Assembly: GCA_025558095.1 (NCBI GenBank)
Contig: JAIVFI010000021.1
Coordinates: forward strand, 496,001-560,000
Source: Hyaloraphidium curvatum SAG 235-1
Lineage: Eukaryota; Fungi; Monoblepharomycota
Direction of reading: 5' to 3'
Length of the DNA: 64,000 nucleotides
Each line of letters begins with the position of its first letter. Positions within the stretch are counted from its first letter, which is position 1. Shown here piece by piece: positions 50,967-61,394 of the stretch. Both the position numbers and the translations under genes were made by a program. A model generated the notes under the pieces. The model was not told the origin of the DNA. It saw only the letters and a list, made by a program, of their open reading frames with translations, and ran no database searches.

Positions 50967-52908
50967 TTGATGGAGTCTGCGGCAGCAACAGTGGCGCAGG
51001 CTTTGTCCGGGAGCGCCGCAAAGAGGGTTACTCGCACCTCCACCGTCTTCGTCGACTCCTCCGGCACGGTGGAGCCCACGGCACCGGACGTCGGAACGGG
51101 CTCCGCACCGACGCAAGTAGTAACAGTCATTTATGTGACTCGCACCAGAACGACGGAGGAGACGGCGGATTCGGGGACCTCCCTGCCTGCATCGCCGACT
51201 CCGTGCACAAACTATGTTTGCCCAAACGACTGCGATGATTGGTCCTGCTACGAGGACAATTTGGCACAAGCCGGGTCGGCGACCACCGGACCGGATGGAA
51301 CGAGGACGCGGATTGCCGCCGAAACCATCACACCCGCGCAGTGCACGGGATACGTCCGTTGCGTGGACTACAAGTGCAGTCACAACGAAACGTTTTCGTA
51401 CGACCTTGCCCGTAAGTGACCGTTGTTGCGATGTGGTGGCGGACGTTGAGGGTCGACCGTATGCAGTTCTTTGGAGAGATGTTTGCGGCCAGCCTCTTGA
51501 TGCAGCGCGCGTGCGGCAGTACCCGCGCCCGTTGCCGCCGGTCGTGATCAAGGCGACGACCAGTTCCCGCATGCCCACCACCTCGAGCATTCCGGCGTCC
51601 ACCACGACAGTCGCACCTGTGCAGACTACCACCAAGCGGACCACAACAAGCCTGACAACGTCTGCTCCCGGCGAGACCACGTCCCGCCCTGCGACGACAG
51701 GATTGCCTCCGCCTCCAGCTGCAGCTGCGCAAGAGGGACTCGGTGCGGCCGTCATCGTGCCTATAGTCGTCGCCCTGATTGTCACCTGCGTGGCTGCGGT
51801 CATCGGTGGTATCCTTGCGTGCCGCAAGTGGAAAGCGCGGGTGTACAAGACGGCCGCCGCCATGGCCAACTCCAAGGAGCTGCCACCGATGTCGCCCAAC
51901 GAGAACGGTTATCCGGTTGCGCCTGCCGCAGCGTTCGCCGTCCCGGAGTACAGGGAGTATGCTTTTCCAGACCACGTGTCGGTGTCGTCAGCGCGGAGCC
52001 CGACCACGGCCCAGACGGGAACGACCGTGCCGCTTCCGCACGGCCGCGATATCACCTCGGAAGACGTTCGCATGGCCATGGAGGCGGCCAAGGCAACGCC
52101 GCGAGCCGTGCGGGCCCCAAGTTCGGTCGCCTCTTCGAAGAGATCTTCGGTCGCGGGGTCCCTGCGAGAGTCCCTGCACCACCCGCAGGCAATGCATTAC
52201 GCCGCGGGCTTTCCTGCGAGCCCTTCGGCCGCGTGGGGCCTCGACGGGGAGTCGAGGAGGCCGAGGGGAAGGAGCAGGGCACCTTCGCTTGCCGGATCGA
52301 GCGAGAGCGGATTCACGGCCGACTACCCCGCCAGCCCTGCCGTAGGTTTCGCCTGCATGGCTTGCGTGCATGCACCCCGACGAATCTGACGCGGCTGCCG
52401 ACAGTCCACCCGAGTTCGGTCCCCTGCGGTCTACTCGCCGGTACCCGCCGAGCACGCATACATCTCCCCGAAGGCCGACCGATCGTCTCGCGCCGACCTC
52501 TACTACGCAACTCCGAGGGATAGGAGGTCCCGCGCGGACGGCATGGCAAGCCCCAGGGGCGATCGCGGCGGGAGCGGATACAGCTCGCCGCGCCTGCCCG
52601 AAGGCTTCCTCCCCCAGGAGGCGATGGACGCGAGGGCGGCGCAGCTCGCGGCGGAGGCGCTCCAAGGGTACTACTCGCCAGCGCCGCGGCTTCCGACCAG
52701 CCGCCGCGCGCATGCTTCCGGCTACGCCAGCCCGCGGCCCGACGAGCGGAGCTCGGACAGCGATCTCGAGCGCGAGAGGCCGAGGGACCGGGAGCGGCGC
52801 AAGCGGCGGAGCCGGGCGGACCTCCTTTCCGACACGGACTTGATCGGGAGCTACAGCATGCCGCTGGGCGGCCGGGGAACCGATGGGAGCACGGGGGGCT
52901 ACTATTGA
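50967..52908 (+). CDS. Type I membrane protein: Cys-rich and Thr-rich ectodomain, one TM, Ser/Arg-rich cytoplasmic tail (Mid2/Wsc-like architecture)
   Basis: CTNYVCPNDCDDWSC...CVDYKC; Thr-rich stalk; TM AAVIVPIVVALIVTCVAAVIGGILAC followed by RKWKAR; three exons. Confidence 0.6.
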
Positions 52909-52976
52909 CGGGCGCGAACGAAGCCCGCGTGATTGCTTGAACAATAGATTGCATGTCAAAACCCCATCACCACCAT

Positions 52977-54834
52977 CTACTCCTCCTCCGGCGGTATCAG
53001 GCCCATGCGCTTGAGCACCGAGTACCTGATGCGCCTCGCCAGCTGGTGCGATAAGCGCCGGATCAGCGCGGACCCTGCGCGTGCCTCGAATCACCCACCC
53101 TCGTCTGAGGGTCCAGGTCCTCGTCTTCCTCGTCGCGCCTGCGGCCGGCCAGCTTGCGCTTCCTCGCGAGCGCGCCGGGAACCTCGTCCTCGTCCGTCTC
53201 GTCGCCCCTCTTTTCCGCGGCGGCCGCGCCCGGGTTGAGCCGCATCTGCGCCATGCGCTCGCGCTCCTGCTGGTTGACCCAGGGCGCGCAGGAGGGGCAC
53301 GGGCACAGCCGGTAGTCCGGGAGCCGCTTGGCCTTGCCCGGCGCGGGCTCGGGGTTGGCGCCCGGCGTGGCCGGCGCGCCGGGAGTGCCCGGTCTTCCGG
53401 GGGTGCCGGGATCGGCCGGCGTGCCTGGGTCGGCGGGCTTTGCAGGGACCTTGAAGGGCGAGTCGTTCGGGGTCGGGGTGCCGGGCCCGGTGGCACCTGC
53501 GTCGGCTGCGGCTGCCTCGGGTGCGGGGAGTTCCGGCGCTTCTTCTTCGTCGGGGCTGTCGAAGGCCGGGGGCCCGGTGGTCTCGCGCGGCGTCTCGCCC
53601 CTGGCGACCTTCATGTCGTAGTCGGTGACGTAGAGGAACATGGCGTGCACGAGGAACTCTGCGGCGGACTTGAACTTGCGGCCCGAGGGGTGCTGGGAAG
53701 GGGAAGAGCGATCTGTCAGCGTCGGCATCGCGGTCGGGGCTGCGCAGGAACACTTGCCCCGACGAGGACCGTGTCGCTGCGCCACGAGACGATGCGCTGG
53801 CCCGGGGGCGGACCCTGGCGCTGGCCCGGCGCGGGCGTCTGTGCCGGCGAGCCTTGTGCCGACGGAACCTGGGCCGGGGAGCCCTGGGCCGAAGACGGGG
53901 GCCCCGCGGGGTCTGCGCCGTCGAGCGACGCATTGTCTGCGCCGGCATCGCCCTCGCCGCCTTCGCCGCCATCCGCCGGCTCGCCGCCGTCCGCGCCCTC
54001 GCCGCCGGCGACCGAGTCCGTCTCGGTCCTGTTTTCGTCGCCCTCGTCCGCCGCGGCCGGGAACGCGGCGGCCGGGAACGCGGCGGCCGGGAACGCGGCG
54101 GCCGGGAACGCGGCGCCCGCTCCCGCGTGCCCGGCTCCAACGCCAGCGGCCCCCCCGCGCCCCGCCGGCCTGCGGCCGCGCACGGCTGCGTACTGCGGCC
54201 GCCTGTGCAGGTACAGTGTGTAGCCCTCGGGAAAGTCTGGCAGCGCGGGCGCCAGCAGCGGGTTGAGCGACGGCCCAGCGGCGACGGCCGACGGCTGCGG
54301 CGGGGCGAACGCGCCGATGCCGCCCGAGTTGCGCGACGAGCGGCCGGAGCGCAGGCCGAGGTCGCGGGCGTCGGGCACGGCGGCGGGGCGTGCGGCTGCG
54401 CCGGGCAGCCTGCGCGCCGACTCCCTGCGCAGCGTGTGCAGCTGGGCGCGCAGCTGCGCGACGGTCTTGGGCGCGCCGTCGCGGCAGCGCAGGTTCTCGC
54501 TGACGGTGCGCAGCCAGCGCTGGTGGATGGGGCTGTCCCGCCCGAGCCGTACGTACTCGACCCCGCCCTGTCCCACCGGGACAACCCCGTTGCCGTCCGA
54601 CCAGCCGGGCGCGTCGAGCGGGGGAAACGCCCTCAGGCCGGTCGACCCGGCCGGCCCGCCGCGCCGCAGCGAGAGCTCCCTCGGCGGCGGCAGATTGTGC
54701 GCCGAGATGCGCGGGGCGCGCGTCTTCTGCGGGGGCTGCGCGGCGGGCGCCGCCTGCCCCGCCTGCCCCGCCTGCCCCGCCTCGCCCGCGGGCAGCTGTT
54801 CGCCCCCTGTGTCCTGCTCGCCCTGCGCGTCCAT
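52977..54834 (-). CDS. Cryptic loci regulator 2 (Clr2) N-terminal-domain protein
   Basis: HQRWLRTVSE; LPDFPEGYTLYLHRR; RSDTVLVG|HPSGRKFKSAAEFLVHAMFL; CPCPSC. Matches the Clr2 transcription-silencing N-domain motif series. Confidence 0.75.
54056..54115. repeat. Coding minisatellite, 4 x 15 bp (gccgggaacgcggcg), encoding AAFPA repeats in the Clr2-like gene
   Basis: Read directly from the sequence. Confidence 0.9.
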
Positions 54835-54928
54835 GGAAATGGGGGGGGGCGCGTCCATTCCTTTCGTTGTCCAAAATGCGGCGCGCGCGGCCCGTGGGAC
54901 ACTTGTACCACCCCGCGCTATTTGCGAA

Positions 54929-56239
54929 ATGCGTCTGCCCGGCGTGAGCGCGTCGGTTGCGGCGCCGGCGGCCGTGGCGCTGCTGGTCGCCGCGGCACTG
55001 ATGCTGCCGCACGCCGGGCCGGACCTCCCCGGCCCCGCATCGCCGCCGCGGCCAAACTGCCCCGCGTGCCCGCCCCCGGCATGCGCGCCCCCGGCATGCG
55101 CGCCCCCGGCATGCCCGCCCCGTCGCTGCCCCGCCGTCCAGCGGCATCCGTGGGGTGCGCAGCTCGACGGCGATCTGGACCCCTTCGTCGACGGCATCAC
55201 GCGCGGCATGCTGGACGGCATCGCGGCAATGAACCTGCCCGCGGTGACACGCTACGTGATCGTCAACGACACCGTGTACACCGATCCGCCCACGGCGGGC
55301 CTCGAGTGGACGCCGTGGACGCCGCTCCTGCTCCTGCGCGCCTTCTGCTCGCACCCGCTGCCGGACGCCGAGCTTTTCGTCTCGTCGCACGACTCGCCCC
55401 TGATTGCCCGCGACGGCCCCAGGCTGCCGCTCGTCTCCTTCACCAAGACGGCCGCGCACTGGGACATCCTGCGCCCCTACGACTCGCTGCTGTGGTGGCC
55501 CGAGGACCAGCCGCGCCGGGCCTGGGACGCCAAGGCGCCCCGGGCGTACTGGCGCGGCTCCACCACCGGGGGACCCTACGTGGCCGGCGCGTGGCGCTCC
55601 ATTCCGCGGGCGAGACTTGTCCTGGCCTGCCGCGCGCTGAAGGACCTGTGCGACGCCGAGTTCACTGGCATCGTCCAGGCGGACGCGGCGGCCGCGCTCG
55701 AGATGCACGCCGAGCTCGGGAACGTTTCCGAAACAGCGCCGCCGTTCGGCCACCTTGCGTACAAGTACGCCGTCATCGTGGACGGCAACACGGGTGTGGC
55801 CAGCCGCTCCGCACGCTTCCTCGCCGGAGGTTCCGCCCTCCTTTGGCAGCAGACCCCGTACGCGGAATTCTTCTATTCTCTTCTGCGCCCCTGGGTGCAC
55901 TACATCCCGCTCGAGCACAACCTCACGGACCTTGAGGACAAGATACTGTGGGCCAGGGCCAACGACGGCTACGCAAGGCAGGTCGCCGAGCAGGGGCGGG
56001 CGCACGCGGAGCGATACCTCGCCCCGCGGGTCGTGGATGCGTACTGGGCCGACCTGCTGCAGCGCTACGCCCGCCTGCAGCGGTTTGACGTGCGGCTGCC
56101 GGGCAACTGGACGGGCAACCGGCTCGTGCTCGGGAAGCTGCTGCCCACGTTTGTCAGTAGGTTCCCGCGGTGCAGGAAGCGCGCGCGGGCGCAGGACCCG
56201 GACAACCCGCTCTGGGAGAAGCTCGGGCGGGACGAATGA
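54929..56239 (+). CDS. Glycosyltransferase family 90 (CAP10/POGLUT-like), type II membrane, intronless
   Basis: N-terminal TM and Cys/Pro stem; AYWRGSTTGG, YKYAVIVDGN, EFFYSLLRPWVHYIP, DLEDKILWARAND. Confidence 0.9.
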   Translation: MRLPGVSASVAAPAAVALLVAAALMLPHAGPDLPGPASPPRPNCPACPPPACAPPACAPPACPPRRCPAVQRHPWGAQLDGDLDPFVDGITRGMLDGIAAMNLPAVTRYVIVNDTVYTDPPTAGLEWTPWTPLLLLRAFCSHPLPDAELFVSSHDSPLIARDGPRLPLVSFTKTAAHWDILRPYDSLLWWPEDQPRRAWDAKAPRAYWRGSTTGGPYVAGAWRSIPRARLVLACRALKDLCDAEFTGIVQADAAAALEMHAELGNVSETAPPFGHLAYKYAVIVDGNTGVASRSARFLAGGSALLWQQTPYAEFFYSLLRPWVHYIPLEHNLTDLEDKILWARANDGYARQVAEQGRAHAERYLAPRVVDAYWADLLQRYARLQRFDVRLPGNWTGNRLVLGKLLPTFVSRFPRCRKRARAQDPDNPLWEKLGRDE

Positions 56240-56403
56240 ATGGCGGCTCTCGCGGGGTGAGTAGCTTTCGGTCACTTTGCGGCTAGGGCGGAGGGCGACG
56301 TCGCACTGGCCGGAAGGAATAATTTCTATAGCCCAAATAAGTTTACACCGAATCAAAACCATGGACCAGTCCAATGCACGGAGCTGGCAAGCAATGACGC
56401 TTC

Positions 56404-58043
56404 TTAGACGCCGTTCAAGTGCTTGATCGAGCTGCTGCGGCGTAGCATCGTGGCCGAGTACTTCGGCACAACGCGGGCCGGGTGCGGCACGAGGACGTGC
56501 TCGATGTCGCCCCACCACTTGTCCGAGTGCTTCTTGTACCAAGCGACTGAGGCGGGTCGATTAGGAAAGGGCGGTCCGGACGCGTGTACGCCAACTTACT
56601 GGTTCGCTCCAGCCCCTCTTCCCACTCGATCCTCGGCTTCCACCCGAGCTGCTCCAGCTTGTTCGAGTCCACGGCATAACGGCGGTCGTTGAAGGCGCGG
56701 TCCTCGACGTACTCGAGGTACTGCTCCTCCTTGTCGGCGAACCCGAACTTGGACACCAGGGTCTTGGCGAGCTCGAGGTTCGTGATCTCAAAGTCGGTGC
56801 CAATGTTGTAGATCTCGCCGACCTCGCCCTTGTGGAGGATGGTGTCGATCGCGTCCGCAACATCCGAGGCAAAGATGTAGCGGCGCGAGTTGCTGCCGTT
56901 GCCGTGCAGGCAGCTGTCCGCAGAAAAGGCGTTAGCCAGCATCGCACTGAGCCCCGCGGGGTCACACGCACACTTTCTTGCCGCGCTTGAGCAGGCAGAC
57001 GAACTTCGGGATGACCTTCTCCGGGTACTGGTACGGCCCGTAGACGTTGTTGCTGCGGGTGATGATGACCGGGAGGTTGAACGACTTGGAGTAGGCCTTA
57101 ACGAGCATCTCGGCGGCCGCCTTGGAGGCCGAGTAGGGGTTGGTGGGCTGCAGGACGGCCTCCTCGAGCAGGTTGCTGTCGGCCTCGCCGTACACCTCGT
57201 CCGTGCTGATGTGGATCATCTTCTTGATGTTCTGCAGGCGCGCCGCTTCCAAGAGGACGTGCGTCCCCACGACGTTGTTCTTGGTGAACTCGAACGAGTC
57301 GCCGAAGGAGTTGTCTGGTCGCACGGGCGTCAAGCAAGGGCGGGACGAGGAATGAACCGGTCCTGCTCACCGACGTGGCTCTGAGCGGCAAAGTGGATGA
57401 TAGTGTCGATGTTTTTCTGCTGCAGAACGTAGAGCACGAGGTCGACCGACGTGATATCGCCCTTGGGACCGCGGGAGTCCCGTCAATGCTGCTAGGGTGC
57501 CGTCGAGCGGCCCGCGGCGCACCTTGACGAACGAAAAGTTCGGCAGCGATTCCAGGCTGCGGCAGTTGTTGAGCGACGCGCAGTAGTCGAGCTTGTCGAA
57601 GCTTGTGATATTGTACTCTGGGTAGAGGAGCGCGAACTTGCGCACGGCGTACGAGGCACTGGCGGGGGACAGCAGGGCAGTTTAGCGACACCATCGCATT
57701 TAGATCCAGCGGCCAGAAGCCTTGGAAGGCACGCCCGCGACGCGGGGCAGACTGTCGGCGACACCCGCATTGTTTGGCCAACGTCGCTCTGCGCCACGCG
57801 GGAGCCTGTGCGCGCCTCCGCGCGCCGCGACAAACGCCGCAACCTGCATGCCACTCACATGAAGCCCGCCCCGCCGGTAATGAGCACGTTCTTGACGTTT
57901 GGGTCCGCGGGGTAGCGGCGCAGGCCGACGTTTCGTGCCTCTGGGTCGAACTCCCACTCCTGGTTGAGCTCCTCGCTGTGGGGCAGACGCGGCGTGTGGC
58001 CGGGCTCCCAGTGGCTGTCGCCGAACGTCTTGACGGCGGCCAT
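56404..58043 (-). CDS. NDP(UDP/dTDP)-glucose 4,6-dehydratase (RmlB/TGDS-like), multi-exon
   Basis: VLITGGAGF, DKLDYCASL, HFAAQSHVDNSFGDS, HISTDEVYGE, PTNPYSASKAAAEM, NNVYGPYQYPEKVIPKF, DRAFNDRRY. Confidence 0.95.
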
Positions 58044-58154
58044 GGTGTGAGTTTGGATTCAACACTGGTGGCTGGGCGCGGGACGCGCGTGCGGCCGTCA
58101 ATCACTCGGGGACGGGTGTCCCCGTGTCCCAGCCTTAACCCTTCTCGTCGAACG

Positions 58155-61108
58155 ATGGCCCGGCTGCGGCTGCGGACGGCGGCGTGTGCGCTGGTTGCGT
58201 GTGTGTGCATTTTTCTAGTGCTGGTTGGCTCAGGCGGGCGCACGGGCGGGCCGGGGGCGGCGGACGTGCCGGCCCCCTCTGTGCGGCCGCTGCCCGCCGA
58301 CGCCGGCCGCGCCCGCCCAGCCGCCCCGCGCGTCGCGATCGTGACGTACGACGTCGCGGGCCCGCTGCTCAACGGCGGCATCGGCACGGCGTACGCGGCG
58401 CTCGCGTGCGCGCTGGGCGGCGCGGGCATGGACGTCACGCTCGCGCTCGCGCTCGGCCCGCGCGCCGCGCCCGCGTCGGGCCGCACGTGGGCGCAGTGGG
58501 TCGCGCACTTCCGCGCCAGCTGCAATGTCGCGCTAGACGCCCTGCCCGCGCCGCCCGCGCTCCCGCCGCCCGGCGCACTCGCCGAGGCAGAGCGCGCACA
58601 CGCCGCGCTGCTGTGGCTGCGCGACCGCGAGGCCGCATTCGACGTCGTGCACTTCCACGAGTGGCGCGGCATCGGCGCAATGGTCGCCGCTGCAAAGCGC
58701 CAGGGCATGCTGTTCGCTCGCACGCTGCTCGTCGTCGGCGCACACAGCCCGTCGGTGTGGGCAGCCTGGGGCAACCTCGGCCCGCCCACAGTCGCCGAGC
58801 TGCAGGTCGACCACCTGGAGCGCGAGTCGGTGCGCCTCGCCGACGTGCTCGTCAGCCCGTCGCGCTACATGGTCGACTGGATGCTGGAGCGGCGCTGGCG
58901 CCTCCCGGCCCGCACGCTCGTGCACCCCAACATAGCGGACGCGCAGGCCGTGCGCGATGCAGCCGCACCGGGGCCGCCCACGCCGGCGGCCGAGTTTGTC
59001 TTTTTCGGGCGTCTCGAGGTGCGCAAGGGCTTCGACCTGCTCGTCGACGCCGTGCTGCACCTGCAGCGCCAACACGGCTTCCGCCCAAACGTGACGCTGC
59101 TGGGCAAGGTGTCGGACCGCGGCGGCACGCGCGTCCAGGCCGCCCTCCGGATGTTCCCGGACTGGCGCCTGCTCTCGAACCGCTCGGTGGACGAGGCCGC
59201 CGAGTACCTCGCGGCGGAGGGCCGCGTGGCCCTCATGCCCTCCCTGAGCGACAACTCGCCCTACACTATCCTCGAGTGCATGGCCCGGGGGATCCCCTTC
59301 TTGGCCTCGGACGTGGGCGGCAACGGCGAGCTCGTGCTTGCGGAGGACAGGCCGCGGGTCCTGTTCCGGCCGGATCACCGCGGCCTCGCAGAGGCGATGC
59401 TGGCGGCAAAGCAGCGCGGCGTGCCGCGCGCACGCCCCGCGCTGCCGTTTGCCGGCGTCCGCGAGGCTTGGGTCTCGTGGCACGCGCGCTTGCCGGCGCC
59501 ACCTCCGGCCCCGCCGCCCCCGCCGCTGCCACGCGTCTCGGTCGTCCTCGCCGTCTTTTCCACCGCCCACGTCGGCGACATTGTCCGATCCATCGCCTCG
59601 CAGGCCTACCCCTCGGTCGAACTCGTGGCCGTCTGCGTCGGCCTCGGCGACGGCGACCTCGCCGCCGCACGGACAGCGATCGGCACAGGGATCCCCGGAA
59701 TCCAGCGGATTGTGACCGAAGTCCTGCCCCGCACCACGGCCGCCGCCTCGTGGAACCGGGGCAGGCAGATCGCCGCGGGCTCCCTGCTCGTGTTTATGGA
59801 GAACGACGCACTCCGTGGGTTGCGCGCATGGTTGCCGGCTGTCATCCATCTCGACTCGCTGACCGCCCGCCCGCTTCTCTCCTCTCGCAGTCACGGACGG
59901 CTACTTTCGCAGCATCGCGACCGCGTTTGCTCGCACCGGCGCCGCGGCGCTCACGTCCGTCATGGACGGTGTTCCCCCCTCTTCGTCCTCGCTTGCCGAC
60001 GCACCCCCCAAACGCCGGTGGTACCCGATCGGGGCATCCCTCCCCACGGCAGGTTTCCGCAACCCGTTTGGCGACCCGCCATTTGCCATCACCGCGCACG
60101 CCTTTGACGCAGCAAAGGGCTTCCGCGAGGAGCTTGCCATGTGCTCGCACCTGGACCTCCTTTCGAGGGTGTCCCTCATGGGCCTGGACGTGCAGGTCGC
60201 TGCGCTCCCCGTGCTCCGCAAGAGCGAGGCATATCCGGTGCGCCTGCAGGAGCTCTCGTGGACCGAGCTGGCCGCCGAAAAAGAGCTCGCGTTCCGGCCC
60301 TTCGAGGACAACGGGGCCGCCGACGCGCTGCCCGCGGTGCGCGACTGGGACCCGGACAGGCCGCCGTCGATGCCCGAGTACTGCCTGGCCGTGGTGCCGG
60401 AGCGTAGCGCCGCCGTGGTCGCCCGCCAGGTCGACCGCTCCGAATCGGGCGGGGCGAGCGCAAGGCGGCTGGTCGTGTGGCGCTCCGACAAGCAGTTTTC
60501 AAAGCACCAGGTGCGCAGGGCCCAAGACATCACGTTGTCGAGCTCCTTCCGCAGCTCACGCCTTTCTCTCCCCATTCCAGGGCTCGCTGGGGTGGTCTTA
60601 CGGCTACCGCCGCAGGGCATACGGCAACGAGACGGACGAGGGCTTCGTGCCATTCGCAGACACTCGGCAGGTCGATTCTGCCGAGGGCGAACCGCAGCTC
60701 GAACACTGGACGCAGGCGCACCGGTTTCCCAAGCAGCTCGCTGCATCTGCGACCGCGCAACATCCGGCCGTCGCGCTGCGCCTCACCGGCCGGACCTCCA
60801 AGCACGTGTTTGTCGCCGTGCGGCGCTGGCAGGGCTTCTTTGCAGGCAGCTTGTCGGTCAAGGGCACGGTGAGCCGCGCGGCAGCCTGCGGGGACGGGGT
60901 GCGGTTCCGCCTGGTGGCCGATGGGCGAGTGGAGGCCGAGCACACCCTTCTTCCGGGGGCGGGGCCGGGGGCAGCCGAGGTAGCGCTCGAGATGGAGGTC
61001 TCGGTGGGCTCGGTGCTCGAATTCCAGGTCGATCCGCTCGCTGACGACGAGTGCGACTCGACGGGCATCGAGTTCCAGCTGCGGGGTCTCCCCGATCAGG
61101 GGCTCTAG
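58155..61108 (+). CDS. Multidomain glycosyltransferase: TM anchor, GT4 (GT-B), GT2-like domain and C-terminal beta-sandwich; ~2 introns
   Basis: NGGIGTAY, FDVVHFHEWRG, ERESVRLADVLVSPSRYM, FVFFGRLEVRKGF, PSLSDNSPYTILECMARGIPFLASDVGG; PRVSVV..ASWNRG..LLVFM; C-terminal GWSYGY..QHP..AVRRW..GDGVRFRL. Confidence 0.85.
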
Positions 61109-61394
61109 AGGTGGATTTGGCTGAAGATGATACCCCAATGAAATTTCTCTCCCTAGCCGTTGCCACATCAGCGGCTCGTCGCTATGCGGAAATGAAGAGG
61201 GAGCCCGGGTGGTTCGCGGTCCGAAGTTGCGAACCACGAATCTCATCCTTCTACCAACCCTTCGAATCTCCCCGCGGATTCGACGCCGCCCCCTGCAACG
61301 CCGTGACGTTTGGCAGGTGCTTCCTACGGACAGTCCGCAGCCGCCCGCCGCAGGCCCGCACGCGCGAGCCCGCCGCCCACCGCGCCGCCAAACA

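Noticed and set aside
53063-56542. 1159-aa minus-strand ORF
   Set aside because: Mostly an Arg/Gly/Ala-rich shadow frame of GC-rich DNA antisense to GT90. Only its C-terminal part is a real Clr2-like exon.
58184-60580. 974-aa ORF as an independent protein
   Set aside because: Alternate-frame shadow of the GT4-GT2 gene. Only its last ~175 codons form the true final exon.
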